A stretch of 57,198 nt of DNA from IMG/VR virus record IMGVR_UViG_3300005573_000108, positions 1 through 57,198 of that record; one strand, written 5' to 3'. The stretch is from a virus (lineage: Duplodnaviria > Caudoviricetes). Numbering within the stretch: position 1 is the stretch's first letter; each line of letters starts with the position of its first letter. Below are positions 27,016-36,520 of the stretch, piece after piece. A model generated the notes under the pieces. That model was not told where the DNA came from and ran no database searches. It worked only from the letters and a program-made list of their open reading frames with translations. The position numbers were made by a program, and so were the translations under genes.

Positions 27016-27501
27016 TCATCTGGTATCCGATGTCCTCGGGCCTAAAAAAACTGGATAGAACTCAATCGAGTCTAGCGAAAAATCGCCTCCTTCGACATTG
27101 GATAGAGCGACCTTCCAGTATCTGCCTCTGCCGTTTCTTCCCACGACAACCTTGGCGTTGTGGGACAAAAGTCCGACCTTCCTCGGAGCTACCACATAAT
27201 CTCTGGCGGTGCCTTCATCGGCAGTCAAACTGACAGTCAGCGGATCAGTGTCGGCTTCAAAGCCGAAGTGCATGCTTCTGATCCTTGCCATGCCAAGATC
27301 AATCATGGGGAACTCCACAAAGGCCGTAATGGGCTCGTCATCGTCATCGTCGCCGGTCTCCACTACGTAGATCCCATCTGAGTTGGCGCCCAACAGGGTG
27401 CCTCCGAACGCCCTGCACATGGAATTGAAATTCCAGTGTGCGTACTGGCTGACTGCCAAGTTGGTAAGGTTTATTCTGAGGCCGAGCCATTCCTCTTCCA
27501 C
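27016..27501 (-). CDS. Tail structural protein (resembles a nozzle C-terminal beta domain)
   Basis: 'AVSQYAHWNFNSM...GRNGRGRYW' pattern; tail module position. Confidence 0.6.
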   Translation of the reverse strand: MEEEWLGLRINLTNLAVSQYAHWNFNSMCRAFGGTLLGANSDGIYVVETGDDDDDEPITAFVEFPMIDLGMARIRSMHFGFEADTDPLTVSLTADEGTARDYVVAPRKVGLLSHNAKVVVGRNGRGRYWKVALSNVEGGDFSLDSIEFYPVFLGPRTSDTR

Positions 27502-27504
27502 GTT

Positions 27505-28434
27505 TTACCTCACATATCTTAGGACATAGCCATCAAAGCGTCCCAATGGCTTCCCATAGGCTTCGAGGACTAGAGCCGGTAGCGATTCGCTTAATTCGCC
27601 GCCTTCGCAGTCCAGATAGCCGATCGCAGCCAATTCCAGAATAGCTAATTGTTTCGCGCAGTTGCCAATAACTCCGGCAAAGCCTTCGGCTGTTGAGTAA
27701 ATAATTGGTAGGAACTGTCCCAAGACTCCATCGATTTCTACATCGCTTTGCGCTGCGGCAGATAGTGTTGGCAGATTGCGAATGAGTGAACCGACATTCT
27801 CTTCGTAACTCTCGCCCAAGATTGCGGGTAAATTCTTTATGAGACTGCCTACCACCAGACTCTCGCTGTTTGAGTCATAGGATGCGAGTACATCTGTTCC
27901 TTCGTCTAAATAATACTCGAATTCGATATGATACTCACCTGTAGTGTAGTTTATAGTGGAATTCGTGATCTTGTAACCGGTAATTGTCCCGCCCGCATCA
28001 CTCGTGGCAGTCCAATTGAACAATCCCCCAGAATAGTATCCTGAGAAATCGATGTTAGTTGTATCATCAGGAGGATCCGTCCAAACGAGTGAGAACTCAC
28101 CAGTACGATAGTCAATAGTGCCGGAGCCATAGCCAGTCAGGTTGCCGTTACCATCATCTGTGAGGTCCTGTCCCACGCCGCTAATCGTCGCGGTAAATTG
28201 AACCGTATTAGGATTGATAAAATTTTGCATCAAATACCCACTAAACTCTGTGGTAACGCCATCTCCGGTGGCAACGGTTTCATTATGGATGCCTTCACCA
28301 TACAAATAGTATTTGATTTCAAATGAACTTGCTACGACTGGAGGGAAAGCTACCGTACCCTCCATCACAATGTTTAAGGTCTGGGGCCAAGCTCCTGGAG
28401 TCCCAATAACCTCGTTGTCAACGTGGCCAGGCAT
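27505..28434 (-). CDS. Tail structural protein with duplicated 'GTIDY.TG' beta domain and C-terminal 'G.L...LP' repeats
   Basis: GTIDYRTGEF and STINYTTGEY; five C-terminal repeats (GSLIKNLP, GSLIRNLP, GVLGQFLP, GNCAKQLA, GELSESLP). Confidence 0.6.
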   Translation of the reverse strand: MPGHVDNEVIGTPGAWPQTLNIVMEGTVAFPPVVASSFEIKYYLYGEGIHNETVATGDGVTTEFSGYLMQNFINPNTVQFTATISGVGQDLTDDGNGNLTGYGSGTIDYRTGEFSLVWTDPPDDTTNIDFSGYYSGGLFNWTATSDAGGTITGYKITNSTINYTTGEYHIEFEYYLDEGTDVLASYDSNSESLVVGSLIKNLPAILGESYEENVGSLIRNLPTLSAAAQSDVEIDGVLGQFLPIIYSTAEGFAGVIGNCAKQLAILELAAIGYLDCEGGELSESLPALVLEAYGKPLGRFDGYVLRYVR

Positions 28435-28462
28435 TTCATCACCTCAGAATACACAAAACATG

Positions 28463-29167
28463 TTACACGTTGGCTGGCAGAGTTAGCTGGAATGTAGATA
28501 TCGTCACTGAGCCACCAGTCGCGATGCTAACACTGCTGAGATTCAGATCTGCGCCGGAGAGGCCCACCGATCCGTCAAAGCGTCTTTTGTAGTTAGTGCC
28601 ATCGGCTCCCGTCTGGTAAGCATTGTCGTAGAAACGGAACCAGCCCGCTGTGCCATTTGCCAGACCGATTCCCTTCCACGTTTCACCGCTTGCTTTGGAT
28701 ATAACTCCACTCGATGGCTCGTCGAAATTGAGACCATTGGTTGATTCGCCAGCAGTGAATGCTCCGGCATCTACAGTAATTGAGCAGAGCTTGGTGCCTG
28801 TTTCTATGGCGTCTGCGCTAGATGGCTGACTTCCACTGTAGATGTCAATGATTCCGTACTTCATCACATCTCTCAATGATGCTCCATGGCCAGCCAGCTG
28901 GAGTGTAAATGAGCTTCCTGCGGCCTGGTCCACGACAGTCTCGCTCACAGTGATGGCTCCGGCGGCTACGGAAACTATCGTGAAGTACCCAACGTTTCCG
29001 GTGATGTCAGAATGGATCACGTCGCCAGGACGGAAGCCTTTGATCAAAAGTTGGTTCGCTGAGTCGCGGAACTGTTTGGACGCTGCATCTGCGCTGATGG
29101 TTGTCGCAGTGTAATCGACCTGATACCCGAGAAGTGCATTTCGTAGAGCAGTGCTCAGCCTAAGCAT
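28463..29167 (-). CDS. Virion structural protein with an inserted beta domain
   Basis: 'LSTALRNALL...IDIYSGSQP..AD...GTAGWFRF...DGSVG.SGADLNL' phage structural pattern. Confidence 0.7.
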   Translation of the reverse strand: MLRLSTALRNALLGYQVDYTATTISADAASKQFRDSANQLLIKGFRPGDVIHSDITGNVGYFTIVSVAAGAITVSETVVDQAAGSSFTLQLAGHGASLRDVMKYGIIDIYSGSQPSSADAIETGTKLCSITVDAGAFTAGESTNGLNFDEPSSGVISKASGETWKGIGLANGTAGWFRFYDNAYQTGADGTNYKRRFDGSVGLSGADLNLSSVSIATGGSVTISTFQLTLPANV

Positions 29168-29185
29168 CTTTTGCCTCCTTTGCGG

Positions 29186-30100
29186 TTATGGTTCCAAGGT
29201 AGTGATGTAATGTCCGTCACTGTAGAGACCTCCACCGAATCTAGCTGAAGGGATTACCAAGTTACGCTCAGTGAGATTCTTGAACCCCCCATTGGCAATT
29301 CCGATGCAAATACCCCTCGGACTTGTCCATAAAATGAATCTCTTCGCCTGCGTCTCTTCTTGGCCGGTGAGGCCGCCCTCGACAATCACATCAGTACCTC
29401 GGATAGCAGGGTATTCGGCAATGGTTGTGATCCCGAGCTGGGGAGCATCTTCCCCAGCCAAGAAATAAGTTTTGGCTTCGTCTGAAACGTAGAGCCCTCC
29501 ATCAACGGCTCTCATCATTTGTATTTCAGAAGCGAATGGGATCCAGTTCGATGCGAGGTTAAACCAAGAGTACGCGAATGGCTCCGAGTACCATATGACT
29601 TCACCTTCCGCGATGTACATGCGTCCGTTGTAGACCTCTAGGAGATGCCCCGCAGGCGGGTCGGAAAAAGTTTTGGTCGTGGTTGGACCCACATAATCTT
29701 CGCCGACCCAATCGACGGCGACGCCATTGCGGACAATGCCATTCTCGCTACCGTTGCTGTAATAGATATCATTGCCTGCCCGCACATACGACATCCTTGC
29801 CCCCACCTTCAACCCGGTTCGCAATTCTTCCGTGTCATAGCTCGGAAAAAGGCGATAGAGACTGCTCTCTGAGACGAAAAGGCAGATGTCATCAGTGCCG
29901 AAGATGGAGTGCACCGAACCGTCGAAAATCCGAGTGTAGCCCTTGCGCCGCGTAAGCCGTCCGCTGTCGTCTATGTCTACGTTGTAGGCTGCGGCTAGAG
30001 CCGTCAGACCGTTTTCCAGATCGGCTCTCAGCCGCGTTGCGTCAACTCGGTTGTTCAGGCCGGAAGTAGCTTTGAACAGAACGAGTCTCGTTGGAGGCAT
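29186..30100 (-). CDS. Tail nozzle/stabilisation protein (P22 gp10-like beta-propeller)
   Basis: GLNN...A.NVDIDDSGRLTRRKGY start, YNGRMYIA, WYSEP; follows the adaptor gene. Confidence 0.7.
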   Translation of the reverse strand: MPPTRLVLFKATSGLNNRVDATRLRADLENGLTALAAAYNVDIDDSGRLTRRKGYTRIFDGSVHSIFGTDDICLFVSESSLYRLFPSYDTEELRTGLKVGARMSYVRAGNDIYYSNGSENGIVRNGVAVDWVGEDYVGPTTTKTFSDPPAGHLLEVYNGRMYIAEGEVIWYSEPFAYSWFNLASNWIPFASEIQMMRAVDGGLYVSDEAKTYFLAGEDAPQLGITTIAEYPAIRGTDVIVEGGLTGQEETQAKRFILWTSPRGICIGIANGGFKNLTERNLVIPSARFGGGLYSDGHYITTLEP

Positions 30101-30984
30101 CAGATAAACCCATCCCAGTCAATGTTGAACATGCCCATTGATATCGGCATTTTCGGCTCAGGCCCGATGTAGAGCTTGAGCTCGGCAATGCCAGATTCAA
30201 ACTCTTGAAAATAATACTGGGTGTTAGTCTTTGATCCTTCTATCCCATCTTCTATTTGAGAAAAAATCTGCTTGCATACCCAGTCCGCCAGAATCTTATG
30301 CAAGTGCGGAGGAACGCCTTCTGGTTCGTCTGCGTCCTCCGACATTGTTTCGGGTACTCGGTAGTAGTAGAGATCCAGTGTTTGTGGCGCACTCGGGATG
30401 TGTTGATAATAAAGCCTGCTCCTGCCTTGTGCCGCGATGTGCAAGATGTCCCCACCTTGGTCCGGTTGGGGAAAGAAACTGAACATCGTGCGGTGGTTAG
30501 GGTATATGGCGATCTTACGACTGATGGTTTGGTTGTAACAAGCGTACAACTCTCTCATGTAATCAGTGGGCAAGGGTACATTGTTCGGCCCTTGGTTGAC
30601 GATAGTGATCGTCGCTCCTGCACCTTCATCTTGCAATGCCTCGCTCACGGTCAAAGAACCTGCGCTCGCTGCGCTAACTGTATAGGTTCCGTCATTCGAG
30701 GTACTACCGGTGACTGTGATCTCATCGCCCACATTGAAACCACCGGTGACGAAACCACTACCGCCATCTGTAATGGTTTTGGTAGTGGAATCAAAGGAGA
30801 TGGTATTGGCGGACAGATAAGCAGTCCCAGCGTAGACCGTAGTTTTGGTCTGTAAGTCAGGCAATAAAACCCGCCCAGCCACGTACTGCAGGGCTTGGTT
30901 GAGTAGGTCCTGGATTTCAGATGGAGAGTAAGAAGAGTCTTGGACCGCTGCTTGGACGCGAGATATGAGATCCGCTAGGGTCAT
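30100..30984 (-). CDS. Head-to-tail adaptor protein with an inserted beta domain
   Basis: MTLADLISRVQ..VQD...LLNQA N-terminus, LPTDY, YYRVP..M..D.DEPEGVP..LH..L C-terminus. Confidence 0.75.
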   Translation of the reverse strand: MTLADLISRVQAAVQDSSYSPSEIQDLLNQALQYVAGRVLLPDLQTKTTVYAGTAYLSANTISFDSTTKTITDGGSGFVTGGFNVGDEITVTGSTSNDGTYTVSAASAGSLTVSEALQDEGAGATITIVNQGPNNVPLPTDYMRELYACYNQTISRKIAIYPNHRTMFSFFPQPDQGGDILHIAAQGRSRLYYQHIPSAPQTLDLYYYRVPETMSEDADEPEGVPPHLHKILADWVCKQIFSQIEDGIEGSKTNTQYYFQEFESGIAELKLYIGPEPKMPISMGMFNIDWDGFI

Positions 30985-30999
30985 GCTGGCCTCCCCTCT

Positions 31000-32106
31000 T
31001 TATCCTTGACCAGCACGGGAGATAACAGACTCCCGCGAAAGATTATCCGCCAAAATATCGTTTTGTTCAAGTTCCAAGCCCAGGTGGCTATAAACTTTAT
31101 CCCACAGCCTTTTTGCTGTGGCCGGAATGCTGTGATACGTCTGCGCCCAATACCGCGCTTCATGTTTTCGCCGCTCGATATCTGAATCAGACATGTCTGA
31201 CAGGGCAGTCAAGCACTCCTCCAATGCCTCCGGGGTATTGGCGATATGCAACGCGGGGGGAGTTCCGTACTGAACTCGATACTCGTTCGTTGCAAGGCTG
31301 TTGGTTATGACTATTTTGCCCAGTGCTGCGGCTTCCAAGGCAGTGTTGCCCCATTCGCCGTATTTCCTCCCAGCAATGTCTACGTTCAAGGTTTCTATAA
31401 TGATATCGCACGCTTTCATGCGTGCCAAATTCTCTTCCCATGACACCCAGTGGTTGGTGCCCTGGGTATTTCGGACACCTTGATACGCAAGTCGTTTGCT
31501 AACAGCAGGCTTCCTGAATAGCTTCTCAATGACTTTGAGGATGGTAGCAGTTCCTTTTACAGTCGGGTCACTGGGAAAATGCCCGATGACCAGTTTACCG
31601 GCAAGCGGTCTTGTATAGTCAGGTTGGATCTTTTCCGTGTCAACAGGATAGTAGATCAAAGTCTCGTTCTTTGCTCCGAGGCCGAGCAGATCAGGGCATT
31701 GGATGATCGTCGCCGAAGCGATGGGATTGAATATCTGATTGCATCTCTCAGGTGCCAGCCGGTAAGTAGAACCTCCGTGTTGTACCACTATCTTTGTCCC
31801 GTTTCTCGCCCAATCCCAGTTGGGAACCACCACGTAGGTGGACCCGATGAAATGCACAACCTTGCTTTCTGCAAGGAGCGTCTCTAGGTAGGGGGCCATA
31901 ACCGTGACCGGGTACAAGTCAACGGGTAGGCCCGTGAGGGAGGGGTGAAGGGGGGCTTGGTTGGGGTAGGCGAAGGGGTGGGCGTTGCCCTTGAACATGA
32001 TGGAGTTGAGCCCCAGGCTCCTAACGCATCGCCAAAACCGGTACCCGGTGTTGGCCCAGTCGTTCTTTGCCAGCATCAACACATCGATTTGCCTGCTCTC
32101 ACCCAT
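31000..32106 (-). CDS. Glycosyltransferase, GT-B fold (GT4-like)
   Basis: QHGGS, YPVD, GHFPS...KGT, 'MKACDIII', 'GNTALEAAALGKIVIT' nucleotide-sugar binding motif. Confidence 0.85.
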   Translation of the reverse strand: MGESRQIDVLMLAKNDWANTGYRFWRCVRSLGLNSIMFKGNAHPFAYPNQAPLHPSLTGLPVDLYPVTVMAPYLETLLAESKVVHFIGSTYVVVPNWDWARNGTKIVVQHGGSTYRLAPERCNQIFNPIASATIIQCPDLLGLGAKNETLIYYPVDTEKIQPDYTRPLAGKLVIGHFPSDPTVKGTATILKVIEKLFRKPAVSKRLAYQGVRNTQGTNHWVSWEENLARMKACDIIIETLNVDIAGRKYGEWGNTALEAAALGKIVITNSLATNEYRVQYGTPPALHIANTPEALEECLTALSDMSDSDIERRKHEARYWAQTYHSIPATAKRLWDKVYSHLGLELEQNDILADNLSRESVISRAGQG

Positions 32107-33368
32107 CAGGTCATCTCCTTGTTCTTCAAGATGTAGAGGATCCTCTTCGCTCTGGACTTAGCTAAGATTTGGAAATCCTTGCGTATCTTGGTGTCGAAAT
32201 CTTCTTCTTCAATGTAGATATATTCTTTGCCACGACTTTTGGCCGCCAGCCATCCCTCCTTGGACATTACGGTAAGCAGAACATATTCATATGAAGACAC
32301 CACGTCCAAGAGTTCGCCATAATCGCAAGGACAATCTTCGGCCCCCAAGTAGACCAGTACATCAGCGTCTGGCAGAGGATCTGAAAATATGTCTGCTTGG
32401 AATAAAAATGGAGCATATCCTATCCTGTTCATCAACTCTTGAGCAAGGGAGATATATTTAGAGCTTGTATCAAAGCCCATGTACTTCACATTGTTGAGAT
32501 GCATCAGATGGGCTCCGAGTAGACCAATTCCACATCCAGCATCCAGGACACGAAAAAAGCGCCGATAGTTTGCCGCCAGAAGGTCCTGCAACCAAGCGAT
32601 TGCTTCATCTAGGTGAGGCAACAAAACTGCCTCCGTTGCCAGGTACGGCGTGAGTCTGTCGGCCATGTCCTGCTGTGCCTGCCTGATTTCAGAGTGATCA
32701 GGGTGATAAGACCGGCCTATGATTTTTGTGTAGATGATGTCATGAAATAGATCAAAGTTGCTCGGGTGGAAAGAAAAGAAGCCTTTCCCACCCTTTACCT
32801 GCGACATGAAAACTTCAGGATGGACTGCAAGGATCCCCCCGCCGTCGCCCAATTTCCAATTGGGGTGACCACCACCCCAAAAGGCCTTCTGGAAAGAGGG
32901 AAGGCCGGTAGCTTGTTCACAAAGTTCTTCCAAATCCTTGTTGCTTGGTTTTGGTCTTCCGGCGATCTCGACTGGATAGAAGTGCCCCACAGCTGAGTGA
33001 AGTTTGATACCAAGCCTCTCCAGGGCCTCCTTGTCCTCTTTGAGCCTTTCTGAAACGGCACTTTGATCGGCGGCATCATATGCAACATTGATATGGAGGC
33101 CGAAGAGAAATCCTTCATCTTTGAAGTCATCCACCAGATCCTTGATATCGCTCCAGCTATAGTCGCTATGCACATCAAAGTACACAACAACTGGGATCCG
33201 CTTTTGGACTTTGTAAGAGCATTCCTGTTCCATCATCATATGACAAGTTTGGACATCATAGTCCACATCATGACGTATAATCGGATAGAAGCCATTGTTC
33301 AGCTTCGGATGGTTCAAGATAGCTGCGAGCCAATTGCGGTAAACTCTATTATAGACAGCCTGCTTCAT
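32106..33368 (-). CDS. Fusion: WbmS-like polysaccharide deacetylase + class I SAM methyltransferase
   Basis: N-terminal IIRHDVD...FGLH...VGH...FHP; C-terminal VLDAGCGIG, GFD, ADIF. Confidence 0.7.
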   Translation of the reverse strand: MKQAVYNRVYRNWLAAILNHPKLNNGFYPIIRHDVDYDVQTCHMMMEQECSYKVQKRIPVVVYFDVHSDYSWSDIKDLVDDFKDEGFLFGLHINVAYDAADQSAVSERLKEDKEALERLGIKLHSAVGHFYPVEIAGRPKPSNKDLEELCEQATGLPSFQKAFWGGGHPNWKLGDGGGILAVHPEVFMSQVKGGKGFFSFHPSNFDLFHDIIYTKIIGRSYHPDHSEIRQAQQDMADRLTPYLATEAVLLPHLDEAIAWLQDLLAANYRRFFRVLDAGCGIGLLGAHLMHLNNVKYMGFDTSSKYISLAQELMNRIGYAPFLFQADIFSDPLPDADVLVYLGAEDCPCDYGELLDVVSSYEYVLLTVMSKEGWLAAKSRGKEYIYIEEEDFDTKIRKDFQILAKSRAKRILYILKNKEMT

Positions 33369-34332
33369 TCTTGCCTCCAGATGAGGAATTTTCGGCAGCT
33401 GGCAAATCTCGATAGTACTTTATCGTCGCATCAAGTCCCACCCCCAAGTTTGTTTTGCAGGAGAAACCACGGCTTTCAAGAAAAAGGCACGAAACCCAGA
33501 AATCCTTGATGTCCCCCTGTCTAGGGGGCAGATAATTAACTTGTGGCCGGATCCCCAACTTCCGTGCAATGAGATCCAGGGCGTCCTTCAACTGCCAAGC
33601 GTATTCTCTGGCTAAGTTGAATACCTGCCCTCCCATTTCTTCTATCTCTTGGAAATGTTCGAGTGCCCAGAAATTTGCTTTGACGACGTCTCCCACAAAC
33701 GTGAAGTATCTCGTCTGCGTTCCGTCGCCGTGAATGTTGACCGGTTCTCCCTTCAGAAGTTTGGTTATGAATATGGGGATGACTCCTCCGGTCTTAGGGC
33801 ATGCAGACTGTCTCGGCCCATAAACATGAAAGTATCGGAATGCCACATATTTGAGTCCGTGCAATTGTTTCAATACGGCCAGATATTTTTCGGCGGCTAG
33901 CTTGCTGACTCCATACCAGCTAACAGGGTTCGTCAATTGATCTTCATGCAATAGCCCATCACACTTGCCATAAACCGATCCCGTGGAAGCGTGTATCATC
34001 AAAGCTCCCACCTGAGCAGCAAGTTCCCCCACCCTCATCGTGCCCTGAGCGTTGACATGCAGATCATAGGCAGGGAAAGCAAATGACTTTTGGCATTTCA
34101 CGCAAGCTTCGTGAAAGACAACTTGCACGCCCTCCATGTCCTGCGGGGACAAGGAGGTGACGCTTTTCTGTATGAATTTGCAGGCTTTGTCATCCCACCA
34201 ATCTTGCTTGATGTTGGCTAGGCTACCGTTGCTCAAATCGTCTACTACTACTACTTCATGGCCGGTTTTGCAGGCGTATTCCACCAGATGCGACCCGATA
34301 AATCCCGCCCCTCCGGTCACCATCACGCGCAT
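33349..34332 (-). CDS. NAD-dependent nucleotide-sugar epimerase/dehydratase (extended SDR)
   Basis: TGGAGFIGSH, DDLSNG, AST, YGVSK, RYFHVYGPRQ, HGDGTQTR. Confidence 0.95.
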   Translation of the reverse strand: MRVMVTGGAGFIGSHLVEYACKTGHEVVVVDDLSNGSLANIKQDWWDDKACKFIQKSVTSLSPQDMEGVQVVFHEACVKCQKSFAFPAYDLHVNAQGTMRVGELAAQVGALMIHASTGSVYGKCDGLLHEDQLTNPVSWYGVSKLAAEKYLAVLKQLHGLKYVAFRYFHVYGPRQSACPKTGGVIPIFITKLLKGEPVNIHGDGTQTRYFTFVGDVVKANFWALEHFQEIEEMGGQVFNLAREYAWQLKDALDLIARKLGIRPQVNYLPPRQGDIKDFWVSCLFLESRGFSCKTNLGVGLDATIKYYRDLPAAENSSSGGKNEAGCL

Positions 34333-35222
34333 CTCATCACCCCTTCCCAAAGGTCCAACATCTCGGCTAGTTCAGCGGCTTCTTGCATGTATGCTTGATG
34401 GCCAGCCACAAGCTGCGCAAATTCCTTCCACCATCGACTGGCTTCCATCTGATTCCCTAGGGTGGAATAGGCAATGGCTAGGTTTGAATAGGCAATGTAC
34501 AGTCCCCAGGGCTTCTGGCTCTTCTTCTCTTCCAGCAACGCCACAGTCTTGAGGAAATAGTCTATCGCCTCCTGGGTGCGCTGTCGTTCCAGCATATGCA
34601 TCCCCAGATAGGTTGTCACCCTGGGATCGTCTTTGCATTCTTCGTATTCCTTCGACAATATGGCAAAGGTCCGGTCATGTTTGCGGCGGATGGTTTCTGC
34701 ATCGGGGTAACCTCGATGCTCGATGAAAATGTCAGTCTCTTCCACTTTGATGCCCGAGGCTTCGATGGCTGACATAATCTCATTGTGTGCTCGACCCCTA
34801 TAGCGAAGGCCGGGCAGGTTTGGAAAAACTCTGACCTGGCGATAGATGGCACTCGGAGAATAAAAACCGGGGTTATCGACGTAGAACAAGAAAGCTGTCT
34901 GCCCGTCCATCTTGGACTTGAGATCAACGACTTTCTGCGCGTTAGTCAAATCCATTCGGTCATCTGCATCCAGGATCATGATGTGGTCACAAGTGGCTTG
35001 TGCTATGCTGAAATTGCGAGCAGCAGAGAAGCTATCAGTCCAGACGTAGTCGAAGATTCTTGCGGACTTACAAGCGTCTTTTACGACTTGCTTGGTCCCA
35101 TCACGTGATCCTGTATCCACGATAATGACTTCATCGGCGAATGGATAAATGTCTCTCAAGATATAGCCGACGTTGTTTTCTTCGTCTCGCACAATCATGC
35201 ACACGGACAATCCTGGCGTCAT
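34323..35222 (-). CDS. GT2 glycosyltransferase with C-terminal TPR repeats
   Basis: LSVCMIVRDEE, VDTGS.DGT, FSAARN, LDADD, HNE, HRGY followed by TPR helices; ATG at 35222 after AGAGGT. Confidence 0.9.
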   Translation of the reverse strand: MTPGLSVCMIVRDEENNVGYILRDIYPFADEVIIVDTGSRDGTKQVVKDACKSARIFDYVWTDSFSAARNFSIAQATCDHIMILDADDRMDLTNAQKVVDLKSKMDGQTAFLFYVDNPGFYSPSAIYRQVRVFPNLPGLRYRGRAHNEIMSAIEASGIKVEETDIFIEHRGYPDAETIRRKHDRTFAILSKEYEECKDDPRVTTYLGMHMLERQRTQEAIDYFLKTVALLEEKKSQKPWGLYIAYSNLAIAYSTLGNQMEASRWWKEFAQLVAGHQAYMQEAAELAEMLDLWEGVMRCA

Positions 35223-35322
35223 CAAGGCACCTCTTGTCAAAGAAAGGCCCTCTGGGTCCGCTATCATGGCAGACCACAAGAGGGCCTCGTGTAGAAGAGA
35301 GCCATAGGCTTTTGCTCCGGCT

Positions 35323-35589
35323 CTAATAGCCTATGGCCATAAAGTCGATGTACTCACAGCCTGCCGTGTGTATCACGGTTACTGCACTGCCATCGCACGG
35401 TAACGATTCATTGAGCGTTACGGCATCTGCGACGACGCTGGAACTCCTTGGGGTGAGAACGATCATCTCGCAACTTCTCAGGCCAGTGTCGATTTCTCCA
35501 CCTGTGCCTGAGCCAGTGGCAGTTCCGATGTGGACTCTTTTGTTTCCGAAGACGGTCCTCACTCTAAGCTGGCTGGTAAGCGCTGCCAT
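35323..35589 (-). CDS. Small virion structural/decoration protein
   Basis: GGAGG RBS; beta-rich 88 aa downstream of the capsid genes. Confidence 0.6.
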   Translation of the reverse strand: MAALTSQLRVRTVFGNKRVHIGTATGSGTGGEIDTGLRSCEMIVLTPRSSSVVADAVTLNESLPCDGSAVTVIHTAGCEYIDFMAIGY

Positions 35590-35615
35590 CTTTGGCCTCC
35601 TGTGGTAAGTGACAA

Positions 35616-35639
35616 GGCAGAGGGCCGTCTCCCTCTGCC
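35616..35639 (-). terminator. Hairpin (attenuating terminator or stability element) after the capsid decoration gene
   Basis: ggcagaggg-ccgtct-ccctctgcc; weak U-tract on the - strand. Confidence 0.5.
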
Positions 35640-35652
35640 CCGTCAGTGGTTA

Positions 35653-36456
35653 TTATCTCTCCATGTCATAGATGACAGGGAAGGCGTGCCTGGTATAAGC
35701 CGATGCCGTGTTCGCCAAACCCGCAAACCTAGCTATGATCGGGTTGTGCGGGTACATGGTGATACTGGAATCGTTGTACGGGAACAGGTAGCCCGGACTG
35801 ACCGAGAGTGCAAGACCTTGGCCCGGACTCAGAGTCATGGTAGCCATGGCCTTCCTGCTCTTGATGCGACCCGGCCCCTGGCCCTTGGTAAGGATCCAGA
35901 AGTAGCTCCCGCTATCGACGTTGATCAAGGGAACTCCTACAGGTACGACTCCGGCAATGGCTGCGCTACTCGCCCCACTTGACTGATCGACACTTGCCCA
36001 CAGGTTGGGCTGGATTCGGAAATAGTCGCTCGTGGTCAATGCTTTCACAAGCGGCTCTTCGAGTACCAACGTCAGGGAAGTGTCGGTTGCCCCGAGGGCA
36101 CTATTCCACGCGATGGGATAGGAGTAGCCATCCGGGGCACTATCGACTGTCGCCCCCTTGGTGACGATGAATAGACCGCCCTCCAACTGCCCTTCTGACA
36201 ACGTACCCCCGGCAGCGACGGTCACAGTGAAGCTTTTGCTGCCGAGTGCGACTGCCGGGCAAGCCTTGTAGAGCCAACCGCTAGCGGGAGGGCTAGCCAC
36301 GCACATCTTGCCTGCCACCAAGTCAGCACCAGCCTTAGCGTAGTGAAAGACTCGCCCATCCCATAGCTCTCGTTTTGCACCTAGCCGTTCCTTCTTGGTG
36401 GTGCTCGCTTCGTAGATACCCTGAAAAAACCCTGTTCTCTTGACTGGACTGCTCAT
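35653..36456 (-). CDS. Putative capsid decoration/cement protein
   Basis: LG......DGRVFHYAKAG...Y.WI.T.G pattern; directly follows the major capsid gene. Confidence 0.65.
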   Translation of the reverse strand: MSSPVKRTGFFQGIYEASTTKKERLGAKRELWDGRVFHYAKAGADLVAGKMCVASPPASGWLYKACPAVALGSKSFTVTVAAGGTLSEGQLEGGLFIVTKGATVDSAPDGYSYPIAWNSALGATDTSLTLVLEEPLVKALTTSDYFRIQPNLWASVDQSSGASSAAIAGVVPVGVPLINVDSGSYFWILTKGQGPGRIKSRKAMATMTLSPGQGLALSVSPGYLFPYNDSSITMYPHNPIIARFAGLANTASAYTRHAFPVIYDMER

Positions 36457-36520
36457 GTCGTCTCTCCCTCTTGCGAGTAGCCCCCCGCTTCCTGGAGGGG
36501 GGGAGAAGAGCTATATGTCA

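Noticed and set aside
25624-30984. Contractile or long non-contractile tail
   Set aside because: No sheath, tape measure or baseplate wedge genes; the adaptor, nozzle and ejection-protein layout indicates a short tail.
31000-35222. DNA hypermodification (base glycosylation) cluster
   Set aside because: No hydroxymethylase, TET/JBP, nucleotide kinase or phage DNA polymerase was seen, and the genes lie in the structural operon. Disfavoured but not formally excluded.
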